From: Phyllobates terribilis
Taxonomy: Eukaryota
Reading direction: 5' to 3'
Assembly: GCF_046119375.1 (NCBI RefSeq)
Contig: NW_027362765.1
Coordinates: 95,976,001 to 96,040,000 of the forward strand
DNA length: 64,000 nt
Shown piece by piece: positions 10,254 to 19,987 of this stretch (position 1 is the stretch's first letter; the number at the start of each line of letters is the position of its first letter). The notes beneath the pieces are model-generated. The model ran no database searches, was not told the origin of the DNA, and saw only the letters and a program-made list of their open reading frames with translations. The position numbers and the translations under genes are program-made.

Positions 10254-12158
10254 CTATATACCAAGTGTCAGACAGCAATAGGCTGAGGACGCACAAGGGG
10301 CGTGACCCACAGCAGGTACAAAGAGCAGGAAGTGATCGGGCGCCGCCCTTAAGCAGCAGAGACAGACACAAACAGACAGCATGGAGGGAAGCCAGAGTGA
10401 CATTCTGGACAGGAGATCAAGTGCGCTCTCTTGCACAGTGGGAGATGGACCACCATGCAAGGACGCCGCCAGGTATGTTACAGTACCTCCCCCCTTACGC
10501 CCCCTCTTCTTCAGGCCTGCCAGAATCTTCCGCAGGGAATTCGAGGACCAGTCGTTCACTGGGTTGGAGGGGGACAGAGACTTGAGGGTAATCTCTGCTT
10601 CGAGGTACATCTTGTCAAGCTCACAGGAAAAAATAGACGGGTTATCAGGTACATAATGAGGAAAAGTCACTGTCTCTTTGTTATCTGGTGGTATCCCGGA
10701 GGATTCAGGAAACAACTGGAGGTCCTCCGCCGGGTCAGAAGAGTGCAGAGGCTCAGAGAAAACAACTGCTTCAGAGTACACTAGGTCGGACTCACTGGAG
10801 GAAGCAGGCGAGGTATCGGGTACCGAGTATAGGAAAGTCTCTGTCCATTCACCACCAGGTGGCACCCCGAAGGGTTCTGAACACAACTGGAGGTCCTCCG
10901 CCTGGTCGGAGGGGTGTAGAGACTCGGGAGTAACCTCTGCTTCGGAGTACACTAGGTCGGACTCACTGGACGAAGCGAGCGAGGTATCAGGTACAGGATA
11001 TAGGAAAGTCTCTGTCCATTCACCACCAGGTGGCACCCCGAAGGATTCTGAACACAACTGGAGGTCCTCCGCCTGGTCGGAGGGGTGTAGAGACTCAGGA
11101 GTAACCTCTGCTTCGGAGTACACTAGGTTGGACTCACTGGACGAAGCGAGCGAGGTATCAGGTACAGAGTATAGGAGAGTCTCTGTCCTTTCGCTACCAG
11201 GTAGCACCCCGAAGGGTTCAGGAGACAACTGGAGATCCTCCGCCTGGTCGGAGGGGTGTAGAGACTCGGAGGTAACTACCACTTTGGGGTACCCATTGTC
11301 AGGCTCACAGGACGAAGCGGACAAGGTATTGAGTACCGGGTGTAGAGAAGTCTCTCTCCATTTGTCATCGAGTGGTATCCCGGAGGATTCAGGAGGCAAC
11401 AGGGGATCCTCCGCCAGGTAGTAGAGGTGCACAGACTCAGAGGTAACCACAGCTTTGGAGCATCCTTGGACATGCACACCGGTTAAAGAGAGAGAAGCAT
11501 CTGATGCCGGGTGCAGGAAGTTCTCCTGTGTGGAGTCTGGATGGGCAGAAGTCTCTTCGGGCAGGAGAACTGGTGCACTACCCACGCACATTACCCATTG
11601 GGGTTTCTCCGGGATACAGGGAGATGAAGCTTCAGTAGGGACTTCAAGGTTGGGGTCAGGAGGTCTCAGGGAGGACAGACCCTGGCGTGACGGCTTGCCT
11701 CTACGTCTAGCACGTCTGGACTGCCTCTTGAGGTTGAGAGAAGTATTCCGGAAAGCGTAGTCACCCTGTGAGGATTCTGGGTGGGCAGTAGTCTCATTGG
11801 GCTGGAGGACTATTGCGCTACCCACACACATTACCCATTGGGGCTGCTCCGGGATATTGGGAGGTGAAGCTTCAGCAGGAGCCTCCGGGTTAGGATCATC
11901 GAAGACCATTAGAAAGGCCACCAGGAAGGCCATTAGGTCCCGGAGGATCGGATCCTGTGTTTCATATAGGGGGTTGATCCATTCCAAGGCATCACCCGCC
12001 AGGTAAGACATAATAAAGGCCACTTTAGCCCAATCGGAAGGAAAATAGAGAGGGTAGGCCTTAAAGTGTAGCATGCATTGCTCCACAAATGCACGACACT
12101 GTCTTGGATCCCCATAGTAACGTGGCGGATCCGCAGGAACGAGAGCTGATAGATCCAT
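10254..12158 (-). CDS. Gag-derived ORF: Sushi/Ty3 capsid N-terminal domain (LDOC1/RTL-like) plus acidic 57-aa repeats, copy 1
   Basis: aa 1-89 PPRYYGDPRQCRAFVEQC..F..YP..FPSDWAKVAFIMSYLAGDALEW..P resembles retrotransposon Gag/RTL domain; 171-nt internal repeats keep frame; 634-aa uninterrupted ORF. Confidence 0.8.
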   Translation of the reverse strand: MDLSALVPADPPRYYGDPRQCRAFVEQCMLHFKAYPLYFPSDWAKVAFIMSYLAGDALEWINPLYETQDPILRDLMAFLVAFLMVFDDPNPEAPAEASPPNIPEQPQWVMCVGSAIVLQPNETTAHPESSQGDYAFRNTSLNLKRQSRRARRRGKPSRQGLSSLRPPDPNLEVPTEASSPCIPEKPQWVMCVGSAPVLLPEETSAHPDSTQENFLHPASDASLSLTGVHVQGCSKAVVTSESVHLYYLAEDPLLPPESSGIPLDDKWRETSLHPVLNTLSASSCEPDNGYPKVVVTSESLHPSDQAEDLQLSPEPFGVLPGSERTETLLYSVPDTSLASSSESNLVYSEAEVTPESLHPSDQAEDLQLCSESFGVPPGGEWTETFLYPVPDTSLASSSESDLVYSEAEVTPESLHPSDQAEDLQLCSEPFGVPPGGEWTETFLYSVPDTSPASSSESDLVYSEAVVFSEPLHSSDPAEDLQLFPESSGIPPDNKETVTFPHYVPDNPSIFSCELDKMYLEAEITLKSLSPSNPVNDWSSNSLRKILAGLKKRGRKGGGTVTYLAASLHGGPSPTVQESALDLLSRMSLWLPSMLSVCVCLCCLRAAPDHFLLFVPAVGHAPCASSAYCCLTLGI

Positions 12159-12290
12159 CTGGACGGTGCGTAATTTCGCCTGGAACTCAGCTAAGAGAAA
12201 AAAAAAAAATTTATTTATTTATTTTAATGCATATATTCGCTGGAAAAACTTCTCAAAGAGCGAAGGCCGTGAGGCTCAACGGGAACCATG

Positions 12291-12300
12291 GCCTGAGCAT
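12291..12300 (-). other. Putative self-priming primer-binding site (also 15783-15792)
   Basis: ATGCTCAGGC on the minus strand, 2 nt inside the 5' LTR end; I do not recognise it as a tRNA 3'-end complement. Confidence 0.7.
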
Positions 12301-13712
12301 GCTGTTATGCACACGCCCGGGCTAAGCGGCGTGTGCGTGTGATTGGTAGTGATTCCACTGGACCGTGCCGGAGAGTGAATGCCTGGAGGGGCGTGACTAA
12401 GTATTCACCCGATCCGACCAGGGTCGCACGACGGCATACGACGCCAGTGCACCAAGGAGGAACCGAGCAGAGGGACCAGGTGCTACTCCAGGACAGACCC
12501 CGGACACGGCTGTTGACCCACACAGGGGAATACAGGAACAGGCTGGTAGGCTGGCACACAGACTGGTGGGTATAGGCAGGCACGACTGGTATGCAGGCAG
12601 GCGGGTATGCAGGCAGGGGGGTAAAGGCAAGCACAGCTAGAGTGCAGACAGGGAGGCACTAGCAGGTAGGAACACAGGCGGGATAGGACCCAGTACACAC
12701 CGGGACTCAGGAACATTACAGGCAGAGGGGTACAGGCAGGGCAGGACAGGACTGCCGGAGCAGCGGGCAGAAGCAGGGCAGGACAGGACTGCCGGAGCAG
12801 AACGGACAGGACTCTGTACACACGGAACAGACAGGAAGGGAAAGGCAGAGCCAGATACCCACAGGGTACTTGCAGTGAAGTAGCGAGGGGACCACAAACT
12901 CACAAACGGGAGTACAGAGACAACAAGCAGGAGTTAGGTACGAGTTCAGACTCTGCAGAAAAAGGAAGGGAACGGACATAGAGGAAAAACAGGTAAAGGA
13001 TAGGAGAGAGTTCAGACTGGAACTGAGTGTACGGAGGGGACCGACACTGCAGCGGGATACAGGAGTGGGTCTGGGAATACTGCCCCCAGAGAGGCGGGAC
13101 GAACAGGCAAGGAGCGTGTTCAGACAGGACAGACAAAATACAGGAGCGGGTCTAGGTAATCGGCCCCTAGAAGGCGGGAGGAACAGGCTAGGAGCGTGTT
13201 CAGACAGGACAGACAAAATACAGGAGCGGGTCTAGGTAATCGGCCCCTAGAAGGCGGGAGGAACAGGCTAGGAGCGTGTTCAGACAGGACAGACAAGATA
13301 CACAGAAAGGACTCAGTTCAGACACGGGAACTAATACCGCAAAGCAGGAGACATACAGGACTCAGTTCAGACACGGGAACTAATACCGCAAAGCAGGAGA
13401 CATACAGGACTCAGTTCAGACACGGGAACTAATACCGCAAAGCAGGAGACATACAGGACACAGTTCAGACACGGGAACTAATACCGCAAAGCAGGAGACA
13501 TACAGGACACAGTTCAGACACGGGAGCTGATACCGCAAAGCAGGAGACATACAGGACACAGTTCAGACACGGGAGCTGATACCGCAAAGCAGGAGACATA
13601 CAGGACTAAGTTCAGACAGGCCTGGAAATACAGCCTCCAGGAAAGGCAGACAAGGAAACAAAGACGAGACCTGGCACCTTCAGAGTGCAAGCACACACTG
13701 AAGGAAAACACT

Positions 13713-13752
13713 ATGCTCAGGCAGGGATAGAAGGGAGCTGCTGAGCTATATA
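13713..13752 (-). promoter_or_regulatory. LTR promoter: TATATA box (13747-13752) and predicted TSS at 13722 (same at 10221-10260 and 17205-17244)
   Basis: Minus-strand TATATA lies 30 nt upstream of GCCTGAGCAT, the exact complement of the PBS-position sequence. Confidence 0.65.
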
Positions 13753-15650
13753 CCAAGTGTCAGACAGCAATAGGCTGAGGACGCACAAGGGGCGTGACCC
13801 ACAGCAGGTACAAAGAGCAGGAAGTGATCGGGCGCCGCCCTTAAGCAGCAGAGACAGACACAAACAGACAGCATGGAGGGAAGCCAGAGTGACATTCTGG
13901 ACAGGAGATCAAGTGCGCTCTCTTGCACAGTGGGAGATGGACCACCATGCAAGGACGCCGCCAGGTATGTTACAGTACCTCCCCCCTTACGCCCCCTCTT
14001 CTTCAGGCCTGCCAGAATCTTCCGCAGGGAATTCGAGGACCAGTCGTTCACTGGGTTGGAGGGGGACAGAGACTTGAGGGTAATCTCTGCTTCGAGGTAC
14101 ATCTTGTCAAGCTCACAGGAAAAAATAGACGGGTTATCAGGTACATAATGAGGAAAAGTCACTGTCTCTTTGTTATCTGGTGGTATCCCGGAGGATTCAG
14201 GAAACAACTGGAGGTCCTCCGCCGGGTCAGAAGAGTGCAGAGGCTCAGAGAAAACAACTGCTTCAGAGTACACTAGGTCGGACTCACTGGAGGAAGCAGG
14301 CGAGGTATCGGGTACCGAGTATAGGAAAGTCTCTGTCCATTCACCACCAGGTGGCACCCCGAAGGGTTCTGAACACAACTGGAGGTCCTCCGCCTGGTCG
14401 GAGGGGTGTAGAGACTCGGGAGTAACCTCTGCTTCGGAGTACACTAGGTCGGACTCACTGGACGAAGCGAGCGAGGTATCAGGTACAGGATATAGGAAAG
14501 TCTCTGTCCATTCACCACCAGGTGGCACCCCGAAGGATTCTGAACACAACTGGAGGTCCTCCGCCTGGTCGGAGGGGTGTAGAGACTCAGGAGTAACCTC
14601 TGCTTCGGAGTACACTAGGTTGGACTCACTGGACGAAGCGAGCGAGGTATCAGGTACAGAGTATAGGAGAGTCTCTGTCCTTTCGCTACCAGGTAGCACC
14701 CCGAAGGGTTCAGGAGACAACTGGAGATCCTCCGCCTGGTCGGAGGGGTGTAGAGACTCGGAGGTAACTACCACTTTGGGGTACCCATTGTCAGGCTCAC
14801 AGGACGAAGCGGACAAGGTATTGAGTACCGGGTGTAGAGAAGTCTCTCTCCATTTGTCATCGAGTGGTATCCCGGAGGATTCAGGAGGCAACAGGGGATC
14901 CTCCGCCAGGTAGTAGAGGTGCACAGACTCAGAGGTAACCACAGCTTTGGAGCATCCTTGGACATGCACACCGGTTAAAGAGAGAGAAGCATCTGATGCC
15001 GGGTGCAGGAAGTTCTCCTGTGTGGAGTCTGGATGGGCAGAAGTCTCTTCGGGCAGGAGAACTGGTGCACTACCCACGCACATTACCCATTGGGGTTTCT
15101 CCGGGATACAGGGAGATGAAGCTTCAGTAGGGACTTCAAGGTTGGGGTCAGGAGGTCTCAGGGAGGACAGACCCTGGCGTGACGGCTTGCCTCTACGTCT
15201 AGCACGTCTGGACTGCCTCTTGAGGTTGAGAGAAGTATTCCGGAAAGCGTAGTCACCCTGTGAGGATTCTGGGTGGGCAGTAGTCTCATTGGGCTGGAGG
15301 ACTATTGCGCTACCCACACACATTACCCATTGGGGCTGCTCCGGGATATTGGGAGGTGAAGCTTCAGCAGGAGCCTCCGGGTTAGGATCATCGAAGACCA
15401 TTAGAAAGGCCACCAGGAAGGCCATTAGGTCCCGGAGGATCGGATCCTGTGTTTCATATAGGGGGTTGATCCATTCCAAGGCATCACCCGCCAGGTAAGA
15501 CATAATAAAGGCCACTTTAGCCCAATCGGAAGGAAAATAGAGAGGGTAGGCCTTAAAGTGTAGCATGCATTGCTCCACAAATGCACGACACTGTCTTGGA
15601 TCCCCATAGTAACGTGGCGGATCCGCAGGAACGAGAGCTGATAGATCCAT
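13746..15650 (-). CDS. Gag-derived ORF copy 2 (translation identical to copy 1)
   Basis: ORF track gives identical 634-aa protein at +3492. Confidence 0.8.
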   Translation of the reverse strand: MDLSALVPADPPRYYGDPRQCRAFVEQCMLHFKAYPLYFPSDWAKVAFIMSYLAGDALEWINPLYETQDPILRDLMAFLVAFLMVFDDPNPEAPAEASPPNIPEQPQWVMCVGSAIVLQPNETTAHPESSQGDYAFRNTSLNLKRQSRRARRRGKPSRQGLSSLRPPDPNLEVPTEASSPCIPEKPQWVMCVGSAPVLLPEETSAHPDSTQENFLHPASDASLSLTGVHVQGCSKAVVTSESVHLYYLAEDPLLPPESSGIPLDDKWRETSLHPVLNTLSASSCEPDNGYPKVVVTSESLHPSDQAEDLQLSPEPFGVLPGSERTETLLYSVPDTSLASSSESNLVYSEAEVTPESLHPSDQAEDLQLCSESFGVPPGGEWTETFLYPVPDTSLASSSESDLVYSEAEVTPESLHPSDQAEDLQLCSEPFGVPPGGEWTETFLYSVPDTSPASSSESDLVYSEAVVFSEPLHSSDPAEDLQLFPESSGIPPDNKETVTFPHYVPDNPSIFSCELDKMYLEAEITLKSLSPSNPVNDWSSNSLRKILAGLKKRGRKGGGTVTYLAASLHGGPSPTVQESALDLLSRMSLWLPSMLSVCVCLCCLRAAPDHFLLFVPAVGHAPCASSAYCCLTLGI

Positions 15651-18600
15651 CTGGACGGTGCGTAATTTCGCCTGGAACTCAGCTAAGAGAAAAAAAAAAA
15701 ATTTATTTATTTATTTTAATGCATATATTCGCTGGAAAAACTTCTCAAAGAGCGAAGGCCGTGAGGCTCAACGGGAACCATGGCCTGAGCATGCTGTTAT
15801 GCACACGCCCGGGCTAAGCGGCGTGTGCGTGTGATTGGTAGTGATTCCACTGGACCGTGCCGGAGAGTGAATGCCTGGAGGGGCGTGACTAAGTATTCAC
15901 CCGATCCGACCAGGGTCGCACGACGGCATACGACGCCAGTGCACCAAGGAGGAACCGAGCAGAGGGACCAGGTGCTACTCCAGGACAGACCCCGGACACG
16001 GCTGTTGACCCACACAGGGGAATACAGGAACAGGCTGGTAGGCTGGCACACAGACTGGTGGGTATAGGCAGGCACGACTGGTATGCAGGCAGGCGGGTAT
16101 GCAGGCAGGGGGGTAAAGGCAAGCACAGCTAGAGTGCAGACAGGGAGGCACTAGCAGGTAGGAACACAGGCGGGATAGGACCCAGTACACACCGGGACTC
16201 AGGAACATTACAGGCAGAGGGGTACAGGCAGGGCAGGACAGGACTGCCGGAGCAGCGGGCAGAAGCAGGGCAGGACAGGACTGCCGGAGCAGAACGGACA
16301 GGACTCTGTACACACGGAACAGACAGGAAGGGAAAGGCAGAGCCAGATACCCACAGGGTACTTGCAGTGAAGTAGCGAGGGGACCACAAACTCACAAACG
16401 GGAGTACAGAGACAACAAGCAGGAGTTAGGTACGAGTTCAGACTCTGCAGAAAAAGGAAGGGAACGGACATAGAGGAAAAACAGGTAAAGGATAGGAGAG
16501 AGTTCAGACTGGAACTGAGTGTACGGAGGGGACCGACACTGCAGCGGGATACAGGAGTGGGTCTGGGAATACTGCCCCCAGAGAGGCGGGACGAACAGGC
16601 AAGGAGCGTGTTCAGACAGGACAGACAAAATACAGGAGCGGGTCTAGGTAATCGGCCCCTAGAAGGCGGGAGGAACAGGCTAGGAGCGTGTTCAGACAGG
16701 ACAGACAAAATACAGGAGCGGGTCTAGGTAATCGGCCCCTAGAAGGCGGGAGGAACAGGCTAGGAGCGTGTTCAGACAGGACAGACAAGATACACAGAAA
16801 GGACTCAGTTCAGACACGGGAACTAATACCGCAAAGCAGGAGACATACAGGACTCAGTTCAGACACGGGAACTAATACCGCAAAGCAGGAGACATACAGG
16901 ACTCAGTTCAGACACGGGAACTAATACCGCAAAGCAGGAGACATACAGGACACAGTTCAGACACGGGAACTAATACCGCAAAGCAGGAGACATACAGGAC
17001 ACAGTTCAGACACGGGAGCTGATACCGCAAAGCAGGAGACATACAGGACACAGTTCAGACACGGGAGCTGATACCGCAAAGCAGGAGACATACAGGACTA
17101 AGTTCAGACAGGCCTGGAAATACAGCCTCCAGGAAAGGCAGACAAGGAAACAAAGACGAGACCTGGCACCTTCAGAGTGCAAGCACACACTGAAGGAAAA
17201 CACTATGCTCAGGCAGGGATAGAAGGGAGCTGCTGAGCTATATACCAAGTGTCAGACAGCAATAGGCTGAGGACGCACAAGGGGCGTGACCCACAGCAGG
17301 TACAAAGAGCAGGAAGTGATCGGGCGCCGCCCTTAAGCAGCAGAGACAGACACAAACAGACAGCATGGAGGGAAGCCAGAGTGACATTCTGGACAGGAGA
17401 TCAAGTGCGCTCTCTTGCACAGTGGGAGATGGACCACCATGCAAGGACGCCGCCAGGTATGTTACAGCTCTCACCCCTAGAAGTACAGTAGCATGAGGCG
17501 GTGTCTACAGTACAACCCACAGAAGTTGCTCAAGTAGTGCAGTTCATCCAGGATGGCACATCAATACGAGCTGTGGCAAGAAGGGTAGCTGTGTCTGTCA
17601 GCACAGTGTCCAGAGCATGGACCACATACCAGGAGATGTGGAGGGAGACATAGGAGGGCTACAACCCAGCAGCAGGACCATTACCTCCTCCTTTGTGCAA
17701 GGAGGAACAGGAGGAGCACTGCCAGAGCCCTGCAAAATGACCTCCAGCAGGCCACAAATGTGCATGTGTCTGCACAAACGGTTAGAAACCGACTCCATGA
17801 GGGTGGTATGAGGGCCCGACGTCCACAGATGGGGGTTCTGCTCACAGCCTAACACTGTGCAGGACACTTGGCATTTGCCACAGAACACCAGGATTGGCAA
17901 AGTCGCTACTGGCGCCCTGTGTTCTTCACAGATGAAAGCTGGTTCACACTGAGCACATGTGACAGACATGACAGAGTCTGGAGACGCTGTGGAGAACGAT
18001 CTGCTGCCTGCAACATCCTTCAGCATGACCGTTTTATCAATGGGTCAGTAATGGTATGGGGTGGCATTTGTTTGGAGGGTGGCACAGCCCTCCATGTGCT
18101 CGCCAGAGGTAGCCTGACTGCCATTAGGTACCGAGATGAGATCCTCAGACCCCTTGTGAGACCATATGCTGGTGCGGTTGGCCCTGGGTTCCTCCTAATG
18201 CAGGACAATGCCAGACCTCATGTGGCTGGAGTGTGTCAGCAGTTCCTGCAAGATGAAGGAATTGAAGCTATGGACTGGCCCGCCCGTTCCCCAGACCTGA
18301 ATCCGATTGAGCACATCTGGGATATCATGTCTCGCTCCATCCACCAACATCACGTTGCACCACAGACTGTCCAGGAGTTGGCGGATGCTTTAGTCCAGGT
18401 CTGGGAGGAGATCCCACAGGAGACCATCCGCAACCTCATCAGGAGCATGCCCAGGCATTGTAGGGAGGTCATACAGGCACGTGGATTCCACACACAATAC
18501 CGAGCCTCATTTTGACTTGTTTTAAGGACATTACATCAAAGTTGGATCAGCCTGTAGTGTGTTTTTCCACTTTAATTTTGGGGGTGACTCCAAATCCAGG

Positions 18601-18757
18601 CCTCCATTGGTTAATAAATTTGATTTCCATTGATGATTTTTGTGCGATTCTGTTGTCAGCACATTCAACTTTGTACAGAACAAAGTATTCAATGAGAATA
18701 TTTCATTCAGATCTAGGAGGTGTTATTTGAGTGTTCCCTTTATTTTTTTGAACAGTA

Positions 18758-18762
<5 letters not shown>

Positions 18763-18824
<62 letters not shown>
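18763..18824. repeat. (TA)n microsatellite
   Basis: Direct inspection. Confidence 0.95.
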
Positions 18825-18833
<9 letters not shown>

Positions 18834-19987
18834 TGGCATCTTCCAAGCAGAACCCTTCAGAACAATGGCCACTTCACGGCTTTCGAAAGCCTGAAGCAGT
18901 TAAAGAAAATCCAAAAACCGAAAATCTGCACAGCAAGTAGTTTTAACACTACTGTGCAGATGTTCATTTTTTTTTGGTGCTTTTTAGGCAGGTTTCAGGT
19001 GTTTGAAAGACGTTGCGAGCGCATACTCTTAATCGGTGTCTTCGAGAAGGAAGGGACCAGCTCTTCAGAAAGTATGTGACGTAGCCAAGCCTTCTGTTCA
19101 AAATTGATCAAAACAACCAGATTTCTACATGAGCAGAAATAATGGAGTCATAAGCACTTTAAAGTAGTTGTCCAAAATTAGAAAATCATAGCTGCCATCT
19201 TTGAAAAACAGCTCCACACCGTCTCACGGGTTGTGTGCGGTATTGTGGCTTAACCCCCTTCGCTTTATTGGAGCAGAGCTGCGATACCAAACAAAACCTA
19301 TGGATAAGTGTGGACCTGTTTTTTTTTTTTGTTTGGGGTTCGATGCATGGCTTCCCAAAAAAAAACAATCACTTTTTGCTCATCCTGTAAAAAAAACCAA
19401 CTAATGTACCATGGCGTGTCACAGATGGGTTTGATAATATTAAACTTTGGATTTCTGTCCCTCAAAAAGTGGGTTACTGCTCATCCACTGGTACAATTTG
19501 TAGGGCGTATTTGTTTCTCATGTTAATTTATCCTGGTGTGATGTTAATGCTGTGCTATGCACGATTGATACTCTCCGCTTCAGCTCCTTTTCCCCTCTCA
19601 CAGCACACAGTCACACAAAAAAAATGCAGCTTCATCTCTTCCTCCCACTTAATAATTGTAATGATGTATATGGACATGTGGAAGGCTGAGGTTTTGCACA
19701 GCCCGTAGTTAAGTTCCCTTGCTGTACTAATCCTGCTTCTCCAGATAAATCCTCAGCTTCCTGCGTGCTGGGTGATATAATCTTGCACATATGTACCCAT
19801 CCTTTCTGCTGTCTCTATAAATCACCTGTAATCTGCTCCTCTAATCCTCACTGCACAATGGTTTTATAAGATAAAGGATGACGTGTAGGGGGATATCCTG
19901 CGGATAAGCTGGTACATATGGTATACTGGTTTAGGCAAGGCCCAAAACACTTCCAGATTAACCTTGACACATTCTCAAAGTGTGTAA

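Larger units (their letters stand above)
8811..17466 (-). mobile_element. Non-autonomous (pol-less) Ty3/Gypsy Sushi-like LTR retroelement, tandem LTR-internal-LTR-internal-LTR
   Basis: Three 1672-bp LTRs (8811-10482, 12303-13974, 15795-17466) with TG..CA ends, period 3492 bp; 5-bp TSD GCTCT (8806-8810, 17467-17471); minus-strand PPT next to the LTR (10483-10497); no RT/RNase H/integrase. Confidence 0.93.
8606..18757 (+). mobile_element. Decayed Tc1 element split by the LTR-retroelement array (5' part 8606-8810, 3' part 17467-18757)
   Basis: 8606-8810 aligns by eye with the 5' region of the related Tc1 at 45880-46100 (-); transposase remnants 17868-18515 ([22 protein letters not shown]); right TIR ends ccctttatttttttgaacagta|TA. 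Confidence 0.85.

Noticed and set aside
10678-11421. 247-aa antisense ORF over the Gag-like repeats (also 14170-14913)
   Set aside because: Explained by the 171-nt repeat periodicity and codon bias of the sense ORF; no recognisable domain.
19335-19346. GGTTCGATGC B-box-like motif
   Set aside because: No A-box or cloverleaf; insufficient for a tRNA or SINE call.
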